Shown: positions 1 to 8,090, counted from the stretch's first letter. The stretch is 64,000 nt of DNA from an uncultured delta proteobacterium (GCA_963701845.1 CAVPBF010000004.1:1233933-1297932); one strand, 5' to 3'. A program made the numbers and translations. The notes: generated from the letters alone by a model not told the origin.

Positions 1-407
1 CCCCCGACATCTCCATGGAGGAACTCCGGGAGATCTGCGGCATCGTCCAGGAAGAGGCCCACGAAGAGGCGATCATCAAGTGGGGCCTGGTTTATGACGA
101 AGGCCTGGAAGACGAAATCCGGGTGACGGTCATCGCCACCGGCATCGGCAAAAGCGAATTGGAGCGGCCGGCCTGGACCCAGGCGGGCCAGCCCGAGGAC
201 CTGGAGATCCCCACCATCCTGCGGACCCCGGAGCCGCCCCGGAACCCGGAATCACGCCTGGGTAATAATCCCGGCAACCCGGGCAACCAGCGGCCCGCCC
301 CCAACCTGGGGGTGGTGAGCCAAAAGAGAAACATCGTCCACCCGGATCTGCAATACGAGGAAAGCGAACTGGATATCCCGCCGTTCCTGCGCAAGGCGGA
401 CAGTTAA
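1..407 (+). CDS. ftsZ: Cell division protein FtsZ, C-terminal part (5' end upstream of window)
   Basis: ORF open to the window edge. Contains ...RVTVIATGIG... (end of GTPase core), a Pro/Gly/Asn-rich linker and the conserved C-terminal peptide DIPPFLRKAD just before the stop. Confidence 0.85.
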   Translation, partial: PDISMEELREICGIVQEEAHEEAIIKWGLVYDEGLEDEIRVTVIATGIGKSELERPAWTQAGQPEDLEIPTILRTPEPPRNPESRLGNNPGNPGNQRPAPNLGVVSQKRNIVHPDLQYEESELDIPPFLRKADS

Positions 408-410
408 GAC

Positions 411-453
411 AGTTTCGAGTTTTTAGTTTTTAGTTTTTAGTTTCGAGTTTTCG
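411..453 (+). repeat. Heptad tandem array (AGTTTCG/AGTTTTT x6)
   Basis: agtttcg agttttt agttttt agttttt agtttcg agttttcg, starting 4 nt after the ftsZ stop. Confidence 0.9.
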
Positions 454-455
454 GT

Positions 456-490
456 GGGGGCGTGATTTATTCACGCCCCCTATTTGTTTA
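456..490 (+). terminator. Intrinsic terminator after ftsZ
   Basis: Perfect 10-bp stem gggggcgtga/tcacgccccc with loop tttat, followed by a T-rich tail tatttgttta. Confidence 0.6.
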
Positions 491-574
491 TCGAGGTTCA
501 ATAGAATTATTTGACTTTTATCCCCTTCCGTGGGAAAAGGATAAATATATAAAATAGTTTCGGAGAAAGATCAC

Positions 575-1240
575 ATGAAAAAATTCCTGGGTATCGCACT
601 AATTTTCTTCATCGGGCTGACAAGGGTAGCATTTGCTCAGACAGCCCAAGACGCTATTGAAGCTTTACAAAAACTTGCTTCAAGATGTGATACGGGAATC
701 TCATACAAAGATTACTCAACAGTAGTGGGAGAAACAAACTTTAAAGTAAAATCTTACTTGGAAAATCCAGAATCAGATAAAAACCCTAAACTGAAAGAAA
801 GCATAAAAAAAACCTGGGGTCACTTTTTGATGGCGAAAGAAGCTTGGGGTTTACGATTCGCTAGAGTTGGCGTGGCTGTCATTCCTGAGCTACTCACTCC
901 GGGGAAAGGGTTTACAGGCGAAAGTGATAAGGCAACTATGTCTCAACTCATTTCTACCTATCCAGAGCTTTCACAAAAAAGACTAAGCGGAGGTAGTCTT
1001 GCCCTTACAGATGTGGTGCCGGTTGCTTGGAGCTATGCAGCTAAAGAGCTAAGTTTTGCATCCAGGTTGCTAGCCCTTCAGCCGGAAAAGAAGCAGCCAA
1101 TTAAACCATCTGCTGTGACGGAGAGCATGGAATCTAAATTAGACCAAATTGAAGAATTAAAGACCAAAAACAAAATAACTGATAAAGAATACCGTCAAAT
1201 GCGTAAAGATATCTTAAGTGAAGTAACTAAAACTAAGTAA
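575..1240 (+). CDS. Secreted hypothetical protein with SHOCT-like C-terminus (low-GC islet)
   Basis: N-terminal signal peptide MKKFLGIALIFFIGLTRVAFAQ. C-terminal LDQIEELKTKNKITDKEYRQMRKDIL resembles the SHOCT short C-terminal domain. AT-rich codon usage differs from its neighbours. Confidence 0.5.
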   Translation: MKKFLGIALIFFIGLTRVAFAQTAQDAIEALQKLASRCDTGISYKDYSTVVGETNFKVKSYLENPESDKNPKLKESIKKTWGHFLMAKEAWGLRFARVGVAVIPELLTPGKGFTGESDKATMSQLISTYPELSQKRLSGGSLALTDVVPVAWSYAAKELSFASRLLALQPEKKQPIKPSAVTESMESKLDQIEELKTKNKITDKEYRQMRKDILSEVTKTK

Positions 1241-1285
1241 TCATAGGGCGGGCCGTGGCCGCCGAAATTCAGCGAGCACAGCCCT

Positions 1286-1315
1286 GTAGGGCGGGAAAGC
1301 GCAGCGCATCCCGCC
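1286..1315 (+). repeat. REP-like element (GTAGGG head + hairpin)
   Basis: gtagggcggga-aagcgcagcgca-tcccgcc. Confidence 0.6.
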
Positions 1316-1432
1316 TTGCGAATCTCTCCATCTGCGGGTCAACCGTCTATTCTTCTCTGGAAATTTCTCGCACCGTGAATTAACTTATTTCCACGGCATA
1401 TTCTGCTCTAACCCCGAACCGCCTGGCCTCCA

Positions 1433-1502
1433 AGCGGCACAAAAGCGGTACGATAGTGGACCGGCAACGGCCGCGTAGCGGTCAAATAACGGCTACTAGC
1501 GG
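1433..1502 (+). repeat. Seven ARYGG pentamers phased at 11 bp
   Basis: AGCGG/AGCGG/AGTGG/AACGG/AGCGG/AACGG/AGCGG start at 1433, 1444, 1455, 1466, 1477, 1488 and 1498. The spacers are unrelated to each other. Confidence 0.85.
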
Positions 1503-1737
1503 ACTATAATTAATGAAATTAGTATTTTATGCGATTCATTTTGCGGAATTTATTTTTGCAGCGGCACAATAATGGCCCGACTATCTCCTTTTTTATGCAA
1601 AAGGCCTCCTCTAAAAGGCGTTTTTATTTAAATTATTTAATGATATTATATAGTTGGATTATGTATCAATTTTAAATCACTAACTTGCACTTATACTTGG
1701 ATTTTTCGGCGCAATTTAATTTGCAGGCCAAATCGAC

Positions 1738-1770
1738 AACTGAAAACTGATAACTGGAAACTGAAAACTG
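1738..1770 (-). repeat. Heptad tandem array (AGTTTTC-type on minus strand)
   Basis: Plus strand reads aactgaa aactgat aactgga aactgaa aactg, ending 5 nt before the ATG at 1776. Confidence 0.8.
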
Positions 1771-1775
1771 CCTTT

Positions 1776-3521
1776 ATGTCCGCCAAGCTCAAAGCCCGCC
1801 TCAAAAAACTGCTCGCCCAGGAAAAGGGCGCGTTGGTGCGGGAGTGGGGGGCGCGCTGGCCCGTGGCCCTGGTCTATCCGCAAATTTACCCGGTGGCCAT
1901 GGGGAATCTGGGCTTCCAGGCCATCTACCGGTTGCTTAACGACACCTCCGGCCTGCACTGCGAACGGGCCTTTCTCCCCGGTCCCGAGGATTGGGAGGAG
2001 TATCGCCGCACCCGCACCCCCATTTTGAGCCTGGAGTCCCAGCGGCCTTTGCGGGATTTCGCCGCCGTGGCCTTTTCCATCTCCTTTGAGGCCGACTACC
2101 CTTACGTCCTGCAAATCCTGGCAGGCGCCGGGATTCCTTTACTATCTTCTGAACGCGGCCCCGGCGACCCCCTGGTGCTGGCCGGCGGCGTCGCCACCTT
2201 TTTGAACCCCGAGCCCCTGGCGCCGTTGGTTGATGCCTTCTTTCTGGGCGAGGGCGAGGCCGGGGCGGTGCCCTTCTTTCAATTTTTGGCGGAGGGCGAG
2301 CCGGAACAGGACCGCCACTTGCTGCTGCGGGACCTGGCGCAAACCATCCCCGGCGCTTACGTGCCGGCGGGTTACACCCCCCGCTACCGGGCGGACGGCA
2401 CCCTGGCGGCCTGCGAGCCCGAGCCGGGCTTTCCGCCGCAGGTGCGGGCGCCGCACCTGGCGGAACTGGCCCCCTACCCTACCCACAGCCATATCCTGGC
2501 GCCCCAGAGCGAATGGGGCGAGATGTTTCTGGTGGAGACCGGCCGGGGCTGCTCCCGGGGCTGCCGCTTCTGCGCCGCCGGGTTTGTCTACCGGCCGCCC
2601 CGGGAACGCCCGCTGGAGGAGTTGTGGACCCAGATGGCGCCGGGCCTGCTGGAGAAGCGCAAGGTGGGCCTGGTGGGCGCGGCGGTCTCGGATCACCCCG
2701 AGGTGAAGGAACTCTGTCGCAAAATCCTGGCGGCTGGCGGCGATATCGGCATCAGTTCCCTCAGGGCCGACTCCGCCGACGAAGAGCTGTTTCGGCTCCT
2801 GGCCCAGGGCGGGATCCGGAGCGTCGCCCTGGCCCCGGAGGCGGGGAGCGATCGCCTGCGAAAGGTGCTGAACAAGGGCCTGAGCCGGGACGACCTGGCT
2901 AACGCTGCGGTGGCCGTCAGCCGGGCCGGGATTCCCCAACTGCGCCTCTACTTCATGGTGGGCCTGCCCACCGAGACGTTGGCAGATATTGAAGAAATAC
3001 CCCGATTGGTGCGCTATTTGGAACACTGCGTGGTCAAGGACAGCTTTGGTAAGCGCCGCCTGGGCCTCATCACCCTGAGCATTTCGTCTTTTGTGCCCAA
3101 GCCCTTCACCCCCTTCCAGTGGACGCCGTTTCTGGACGTGGCGGAGCTGAAAAAGCGCCTGAAGCTGGTGACGAAAGAGTTCCACGGGGTCAAGGAGGTG
3201 CGGGTGCATACCGATCTGCCCAAATGGGCCTACGTCCAGGCCCTGCTGGCCCGGGGCGACCGCCGGGTGGGGGATATCCTGCTCGCCGCCCACCAGCACG
3301 GCTGGAACCGGGCCTTTCAGGAAAGCCCAGTCAACCCGGACTTCTTCACCCTCCGGGAGCGCCACCCCGAGGAACTCTTCCCCTGGGACTTCATCGACCA
3401 CGGCCTAAAGAAAGACTACCTCTGGGACGAATACCAGCGGGCTCTGGAAGAGAAAGAGACGCCGGCCTGCCTTCCCAAGGTCTGCAAACGCTGCGGGATT
3501 TGCGGGGGCGAGGGGTTGTAG
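1776..3521 (+). CDS. Radical SAM protein (B12-binding-domain type, TIGR03960-like)
   Basis: 581-aa ORF with the CxxxCxxC cluster motif GCSRGCRFCAAG and an N-terminal Rossmann-like region. The long antisense ORFs over it are GC shadow ORFs. Confidence 0.8.
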   Translation: MSAKLKARLKKLLAQEKGALVREWGARWPVALVYPQIYPVAMGNLGFQAIYRLLNDTSGLHCERAFLPGPEDWEEYRRTRTPILSLESQRPLRDFAAVAFSISFEADYPYVLQILAGAGIPLLSSERGPGDPLVLAGGVATFLNPEPLAPLVDAFFLGEGEAGAVPFFQFLAEGEPEQDRHLLLRDLAQTIPGAYVPAGYTPRYRADGTLAACEPEPGFPPQVRAPHLAELAPYPTHSHILAPQSEWGEMFLVETGRGCSRGCRFCAAGFVYRPPRERPLEELWTQMAPGLLEKRKVGLVGAAVSDHPEVKELCRKILAAGGDIGISSLRADSADEELFRLLAQGGIRSVALAPEAGSDRLRKVLNKGLSRDDLANAAVAVSRAGIPQLRLYFMVGLPTETLADIEEIPRLVRYLEHCVVKDSFGKRRLGLITLSISSFVPKPFTPFQWTPFLDVAELKKRLKLVTKEFHGVKEVRVHTDLPKWAYVQALLARGDRRVGDILLAAHQHGWNRAFQESPVNPDFFTLRERHPEELFPWDFIDHGLKKDYLWDEYQRALEEKETPACLPKVCKRCGICGGEGL

Positions 3522-3638
3522 TGGCGGTTCTCGAACCGCCCTGGTTCGGTTCGCACCGGCGAGACGCCTGTGCCACCGTTTTAAACAATAATATGGTGCG
3601 TAAAACGCACCCTACACGGCGGGCGCGGAGGCCCGCCT
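3518..3638. repeat. Cluster of three REP-like hairpins
   Basis: gtagtggcggttctcgaaccgccc (3518-3541), ggtgcgtaaaacgcaccctaca (3595-3616) and ggcgggcgcggaggcccgcc (3619-3638). Confidence 0.75.
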
Positions 3639-3642
3639 CCTG

Positions 3643-4383
3643 ATGAAATTCCTCTCCTGGAAAATCTGGCTGGGTCTGGGCCTCATCGGGCTGTCGCTGG
3701 TGGTCTACGGCCTCAATTACCTGATCTTCCGGGACGCCGATTACCTGTTCCGGCTGTTTTTGGCGCAGTTGGGTTTTCTGCCCATTTCGGTGCTGCTGGT
3801 GACCATCATCATCAACCAGTTGCTGAGCCAGCGGGCCAAGGCGGCCAAGCTGCGCAAGCTCAACATGGTCATCGGCGCTTTTTTTAGCGAGGTGGGGACC
3901 GATTTGCTCGGCATGTTTTCCCGTTATGTCCCCAAGGCGGCGGCCTTCTGGGACGAGATCAAGGCCGTCGGCTCCTGGTCCGACCGGGACTTTGCCGCCG
4001 GGCGGCGGCGCCTGCGGCAGGTCGACTTTGAGATAGTCCTGGCGGCCGGCGACCCGGAGACCTTGTGTTATTTCCTCCTGGGCAAAAGGGATTTTCTCCT
4101 ACGCCTGCTGGAAAACCCCAACCTGCTGGAGCACGACACCTTCGCCAATCTGCTGCTGGCGGTCTTCCATCTGACGGAAGAACTGGCGCAGCGGCGGGAT
4201 CTGGACCATTTAACCCCCGGGGACCGGGGACACCTGGCCGGGGATATCGAGCGGGCCTACGTCGCCTTGATTGCCGAGTGGCTGGATTATCTGCAGCATC
4301 TCCAGAAGAACTATCCCTTCCTCTTCTCCCTGGCCCTGCGCACCAATCCCTTCGACCCCGAGGCGTCGGTGGTGATCGAGTAA
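3643..4383 (+). CDS. Hypothetical membrane protein
   Basis: 246-aa ORF with two N-terminal hydrophobic helices and coding-like composition. No family recognised. Confidence 0.5.
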   Translation: MKFLSWKIWLGLGLIGLSLVVYGLNYLIFRDADYLFRLFLAQLGFLPISVLLVTIIINQLLSQRAKAAKLRKLNMVIGAFFSEVGTDLLGMFSRYVPKAAAFWDEIKAVGSWSDRDFAAGRRRLRQVDFEIVLAAGDPETLCYFLLGKRDFLLRLLENPNLLEHDTFANLLLAVFHLTEELAQRRDLDHLTPGDRGHLAGDIERAYVALIAEWLDYLQHLQKNYPFLFSLALRTNPFDPEASVVIE

Positions 4384-4570
4384 GGCGGGCGAGACGCCCG
4401 CCCCACGAGGACTGCCTGCCGCCGGGAATCTGCGAACACCGGGCGAACACCAGGTTCGCCCCTACAAAAATATATTAACCGGGTGAGCACAACCGGGCAG
4501 AAGGCGGGCGAGACGCCCGCCCCACCAGCCGGAAGCTGAGATGCAGGGCGACCCAGCGGGTCGCCCCTAC
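4384..4570. repeat. Cluster of four REP-like hairpins
   Basis: ggcgggcgagacgcccgcccc occurs twice (4384-4404, 4503-4523). Also ggcgaacaccaggttcgcccctaca (4442-4466) and ggcgacccagcgggtcgcccctac (4547-4570). Confidence 0.8.
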
Positions 4571-4572
4571 GG

Positions 4573-4600
4573 CTCACTGCTCACTGCTCACTGCTCACTG
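4573..4600 (-). repeat. Heptad tandem array (CAGTGAG x4 on the gene strand)
   Basis: ctcactg x4 on the plus strand, beginning 3 nt after the minus-strand stop at 4604-4606. Confidence 0.9.
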
Positions 4601-4603
4601 CTT

Positions 4604-5125
4604 CTACACCACCTCGGCCCCGAAGATCCGGGCCATATGTTTCAAGGCGAAGGCGTGGGCCTCGGGGTCGAAGTCGGCGACTCCGTCCCGATAGACCAGG
4701 GTGGGGAGGTCCCGGTCAAAGAGTTCCTTGACCGTCTCCAGGATGCAGATCGAAGTGCAGACGCCCACCACCTCCACCCGCTCCACCTGCTCACGCTGCA
4801 GGACCTTGTCTAAATTGGTCCCGGTAAAGGCACTGTAGCGGGTCTTGTCCACCCGGTAGTCCTCCGGTTGCACGGGCAGCTCCGGGATGACCCAGCTCCC
4901 CCAGGAACCCTGGACCGCATGAGGGGCGAAGTGGCGGAATTCCCGGTCATCTTCGGCGTGGGCGTCGCAGACGAAGATGACCACGCCGCCCTGGCGCCGG
5001 GTCGCCTCGATCCGGTGCGCCACGAAGGGAATGATCCGTCTGGCTTGGGCCCCCACATAGAGCGCCCCCCGGGGGTCGATAAAATCGTTGAGCATATCCG
5101 CCACGATCAGGGCCGTCTTCCCCAT
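4604..5125 (-). CDS. Isochorismatase-family cysteine hydrolase (nicotinamidase-like)
   Basis: MGKTALIVADMLNDFIDPRGALYV...VCDAH... is typical of the isochorismatase/cysteine hydrolase fold. I chose the internal Met (5125) because the upstream 27 codons are not conserved-looking. Confidence 0.7.
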   Translation of the reverse strand: MGKTALIVADMLNDFIDPRGALYVGAQARRIIPFVAHRIEATRRQGGVVIFVCDAHAEDDREFRHFAPHAVQGSWGSWVIPELPVQPEDYRVDKTRYSAFTGTNLDKVLQREQVERVEVVGVCTSICILETVKELFDRDLPTLVYRDGVADFDPEAHAFALKHMARIFGAEVV

Positions 5126-5352
5126 GGCCGCCTCCGGGAGAAAATATCTAAGGATCATTAGAAGATAAGCGCGGCCTGCGGCCCAGGCAAGGGAAGGTTG
5201 GCGCAAGTGGTCCTGAGGACCAACTAAGAAAATCTTGCTGCCGGGATAAAAAAATCCCCCCCGCGGCGGTAACGTGATTATAATTTATGAGTCAGCTTGG
5301 GAGATTATCCGCCGCCGCGCCTCAGGACGCGGCGGCCTCCACAGGAGGGCTC

Positions 5353-5460
5353 ATGCCGAAAACCGCGGTCTGGCTCATCATCATCTTCACGTTGTTGTTT
5401 ATTCTGGGAATCAACACCGGGGACCTGGATTATCTCAACAACCTGGGAAACACCATCTGA
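5353..5460 (+). CDS. Small (35 aa) membrane peptide upstream of the NapH-like protein
   Basis: ATG is preceded by aggaggg. MPKTAVWLIIIFTLLFILGINTG... forms a single TM helix. It is below the ORF-track size cutoff. Confidence 0.35.
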   Translation: MPKTAVWLIIIFTLLFILGINTGDLDYLNNLGNTI

Positions 5461-5484
5461 CTGTCCTGCATCGGGGTCGGCTAA

Positions 5485-6371
5485 ATGGTCAGACTACGGA
5501 CCTTAGTCCAAACCCTGGTGGCGTTGGGGACCAACGCCTATTTGCTTTTCCCTTTCGGCGGCTCGGTGATCTACCAGGGTCCGCTGAAGGCGGTGTGCCA
5601 TCCGGGGCTCAACTGCTACTCCTGCCCCGGGGCCTTGCTCTCCTGCCCGGTGGGGGCCGTGCAGAACTTTCTGGCCAGCATCCGGTTTTATACACCGGGC
5701 ACCATCCCCCACTTCGGGGCGATCGTGGTGGCCTATGTCGGCTTCATCGGCACCCTGGTGGGCCGCTTGCCCTGCGGCTGGCTCTGTCCTTTCGGCTTTA
5801 TCCAGGACCTGATCCACAAGATTCCCGCCCGCAAGTTTTCCGTCTGGGAACCCCTGCGCTGGGGGAAATACGCCGTGCTGGTGGTCCTGGTGATCATCCT
5901 GCCCCTGTGGCTGGTCGATGCCGCCACCGGGCTGGGGCACCCCTGGTTCTGCAAGTTGTTATGCCCGGCGGGCACCCTGGAGGGGGCGCTCCCCATGATT
6001 TTCCTCAAGCCCAGCCTGTGGGCCGCCCTGGGTTTCTTTTTCTGGCTCAAGCTCAGCATCCTGGCATTTTGTTGATTCTGATGGTCTTCGTAAGCCGGCC
6101 CTTCTGCCGTATGCTCTGCCCCCTGGGGGCCTTTTACAGCCTCTTCTCCCGCATGACCCTGGTGCAGTTGGAGTTCGTCGAAGGCAACTGCGTGGAATGC
6201 GGCTCCTGCGCCCGCAAGTGCCCCATGGGGGTGAAACCCCAGGAGCAACATGACAGCAAAGAATGCATCATGTGCCTGAAATGCCTGGATGCCTGCCAGT
6301 TCCGGGCGCTCCAGTTCGGCATCCGCCGGCCGGCGGCGCCCGAGAGAAAACGGACGGCCTCGCCCATCTGA
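5485..6371 (+). CDS. Membrane 4Fe-4S binding protein (NapH/MauN-like), one frameshift near 6065-6075
   Basis: Repeated CxxxCP motifs (CYSCPG, CGWLCPFG, CKLLCPAG, CRMLCPLG) plus a C-terminal ferredoxin motif CVECGSCARKCP...CIMCLKCLDAC. The two halves lie in different frames (5485..6075 and the tail of 5274..6371). Confidence 0.75.
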
Positions 6372-6389
6372 GGCGGCAAGAAAAAATGC

Positions 6390-6418
6390 TTGACACCTAA
6401 TTTATTTTATTCATAATA
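6390..6418 (+). promoter_or_regulatory. Sigma70-like promoter for the IHF-like gene
   Basis: ttgaca (6390-6395), 17-nt spacer, ataata (6413-6418). Confidence 0.45.
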
Positions 6419-6460
6419 AATCAAAGTATTTACCGCGCCAGCCGCAGGGGAGATCTTTTC

Positions 6461-6748
6461 ATGGCCCTCACCAAGGAAAAGTTGATCAGCCGCTTACAGA
6501 CCCAGGTAGGTCTGAGCAAGCAGGAGTCCCGCTCAGTGGTGGAGCGGGTCTTGGATATTATGAAAGAGTCCCTGGCGAAGAGCGAGGACCTGCTCATCAG
6601 CGGCTTTGGAAAATTTTCGGTGAGGCAAAAGAACGCCCGCCGAGGCCGGAACCCGCAAACCAAGGAAAACCTGATCCTCAGGGCCCGCAGGGTGGTGGTA
6701 TTCAAGACCTCCGGCGTCCTGCGCAACCGCATCAACGAAGGCAAGTAA
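6461..6748 (+). CDS. ihfA: Integration host factor alpha / HU-family DNA-binding protein
   Basis: MALTKEKLI...GFGKFSVRQKNARRGRNPQTKENLILRARRVVVFK has the IHF/HU beta-arm signature (RNPQT). Confidence 0.75.
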   Translation: MALTKEKLISRLQTQVGLSKQESRSVVERVLDIMKESLAKSEDLLISGFGKFSVRQKNARRGRNPQTKENLILRARRVVVFKTSGVLRNRINEGK

Positions 6749-6851
6749 CCTCATCAGCTTCTCACCTCTGCCCCCGCTTTAGAATCCGGGGCTGCCCTGT
6801 CGCCTGAACCGATTAGAGGACTCGCCGATTTTCACCGGGGGAGACCCAGCT

Positions 6852-8024
6852 ATGGAAGGCTGCCGCGGCAAGCAGACGGGCATGGCGGGCCTGACCCGCC
6901 GGGCCTTTATCCGGGGCAGCGCCGGGGCCCTGACCCTTCTGGCCCTCCCCTGGCGTCCCGCCGTGGCCTCCTCCCAGGAAATCCGGCTGGGTTTCAGCCG
7001 CGCCACCCCCGCCGCCTTCACCAAGGTCATGGCCCAAGGCATGGTGCAGTGTCTGCTCTGCCCCCGGAAGTGCCAGGTGGCGGACGGCGACCGGGGCGAG
7101 TGCGGCGTCCGGGAGAACCGCAAAGGCGTCTACTACAGCCTGGTTTACGGTAACCCCTGCGCCGTTCACGTGGACCCGGTGGAGAAGAAGCCCTTCTTTC
7201 ACGTGCTGCCCGGCAGCCGCTCCTTTTCCATCGCCACCGCGGGCTGCAACCTGCACTGCAAGTTCTGCCAGAACTGGGAAATTTCCCAGGCCCGGCCGGA
7301 AAAGACCTATAACTATGAGCTGCCCCCGGAAAAGGTGGTGGCCGGGGCCACTGCTGCCGGCTGCCCCTCCATCGCCTCTACCTACGTCGAGCCCGTCATC
7401 TTCTATGAGTACATGACCGCAGTGGGCCGCCTGGCCAAACAAGCCGGCATCCTGAGCACCTGCCACTCCAACGGTTACATCAATCCCGAACCCCTGGAAA
7501 AATTGTGCGAGGTGCTGGACGCGGCCTGCATCGACCTCAAGGGTTTCGACCCCAAATATTATCGGGAAGTAGTGGACGGCGAACTGGAACCGGTGCTCAA
7601 TACCCTGAAGACCCTGCGCCGCCAGAAAGTGCATGTGGAGATCGTCAACCTGGTCATCCCCCAGTTCAACGACCAGCCCCGGACCATCAGCGACATGTGC
7701 GCCTGGATCAGAGATGAGTTGGGGCCGCTCACGCCGCTGCATTTCTCCCGCTTTTATCCCCTCTACAAGATGCAGAACCACTTCCCCACCCCGGCGTCCA
7801 CCCTGGAGACGGCCCGGGAGCTGGCGCTCAAGGCGGGCCTGAAGTACGTCTACCTCGGCAATATCCCCGGGAACCCGGCGGAGAGCACCTATTGCCATAG
7901 TTGCGGCAAGCGGCTCATTGAGCGCACCGCCTACCAAATCGGCGAGGTTAGGATGAAGGGCGACAATTGCGGCTACTGCGGGGCGAAGATTCCGGGGATT
8001 TGGCAAAAGCCGGTGCAGGCTTAG
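6852..8024 (+). CDS. amrS: AmmeMemoRadiSam-system radical SAM enzyme with an N-terminal twin-arginine signal
   Basis: CNLHCKFCQNWEISQ radical SAM motif, N-terminal Cys-rich CPRKCQVADGDRGECGVR and C-terminal CHSCG...CGYCG. The Tat motif is LTRRAFIRGSAGALTLLALPWRPAVASS. Confidence 0.8.
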   Translation: MEGCRGKQTGMAGLTRRAFIRGSAGALTLLALPWRPAVASSQEIRLGFSRATPAAFTKVMAQGMVQCLLCPRKCQVADGDRGECGVRENRKGVYYSLVYGNPCAVHVDPVEKKPFFHVLPGSRSFSIATAGCNLHCKFCQNWEISQARPEKTYNYELPPEKVVAGATAAGCPSIASTYVEPVIFYEYMTAVGRLAKQAGILSTCHSNGYINPEPLEKLCEVLDAACIDLKGFDPKYYREVVDGELEPVLNTLKTLRRQKVHVEIVNLVIPQFNDQPRTISDMCAWIRDELGPLTPLHFSRFYPLYKMQNHFPTPASTLETARELALKAGLKYVYLGNIPGNPAESTYCHSCGKRLIERTAYQIGEVRMKGDNCGYCGAKIPGIWQKPVQA

Positions 8025-8033
8025 CAGGAAGAT

Positions 8034-8055
8034 GGTGGACAGTGCCCACCCTACA
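8034..8055 (-). repeat. REP-like element
   Basis: ggtggacagtgcccaccctaca (GTAGGG head on the minus strand). Confidence 0.6.
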
Positions 8056-8063
8056 TTTTTTTA

Positions 8064-8090
8064 ACTGACCACTGACTACTGAAGCTGACC
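8064..8090 (-). repeat. Heptad tandem array
   Basis: actgacc actgact actgaag ctgacc. Confidence 0.75.

Noticed and set aside
2142-3401. Very long antisense or overlapping ORFs over real genes. Examples: 2142..3401(-), 6813..8006(-), 14370..15242(-), 47462..48844(+), 50963..52552(+), 56125..57342(-), 61052..62386(+), 54258..54962(-).
   Set aside because: Their translations are monotonous Arg/Gly/Pro/Ala/His-rich strings with no recognisable motifs. Each lies opposite a gene with clear family signatures. They are typical GC-driven shadow ORFs.
4384-4600. Possible CRISPR array, suggested by regularly recurring short repeats (REP clusters, heptad arrays).
   Set aside because: The repeats are either contiguous 7-mers with no spacers, or palindromic hairpins of differing sequence at irregular spacing. 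There are no 25-40-nt direct repeats with unique spacers and no cas genes.
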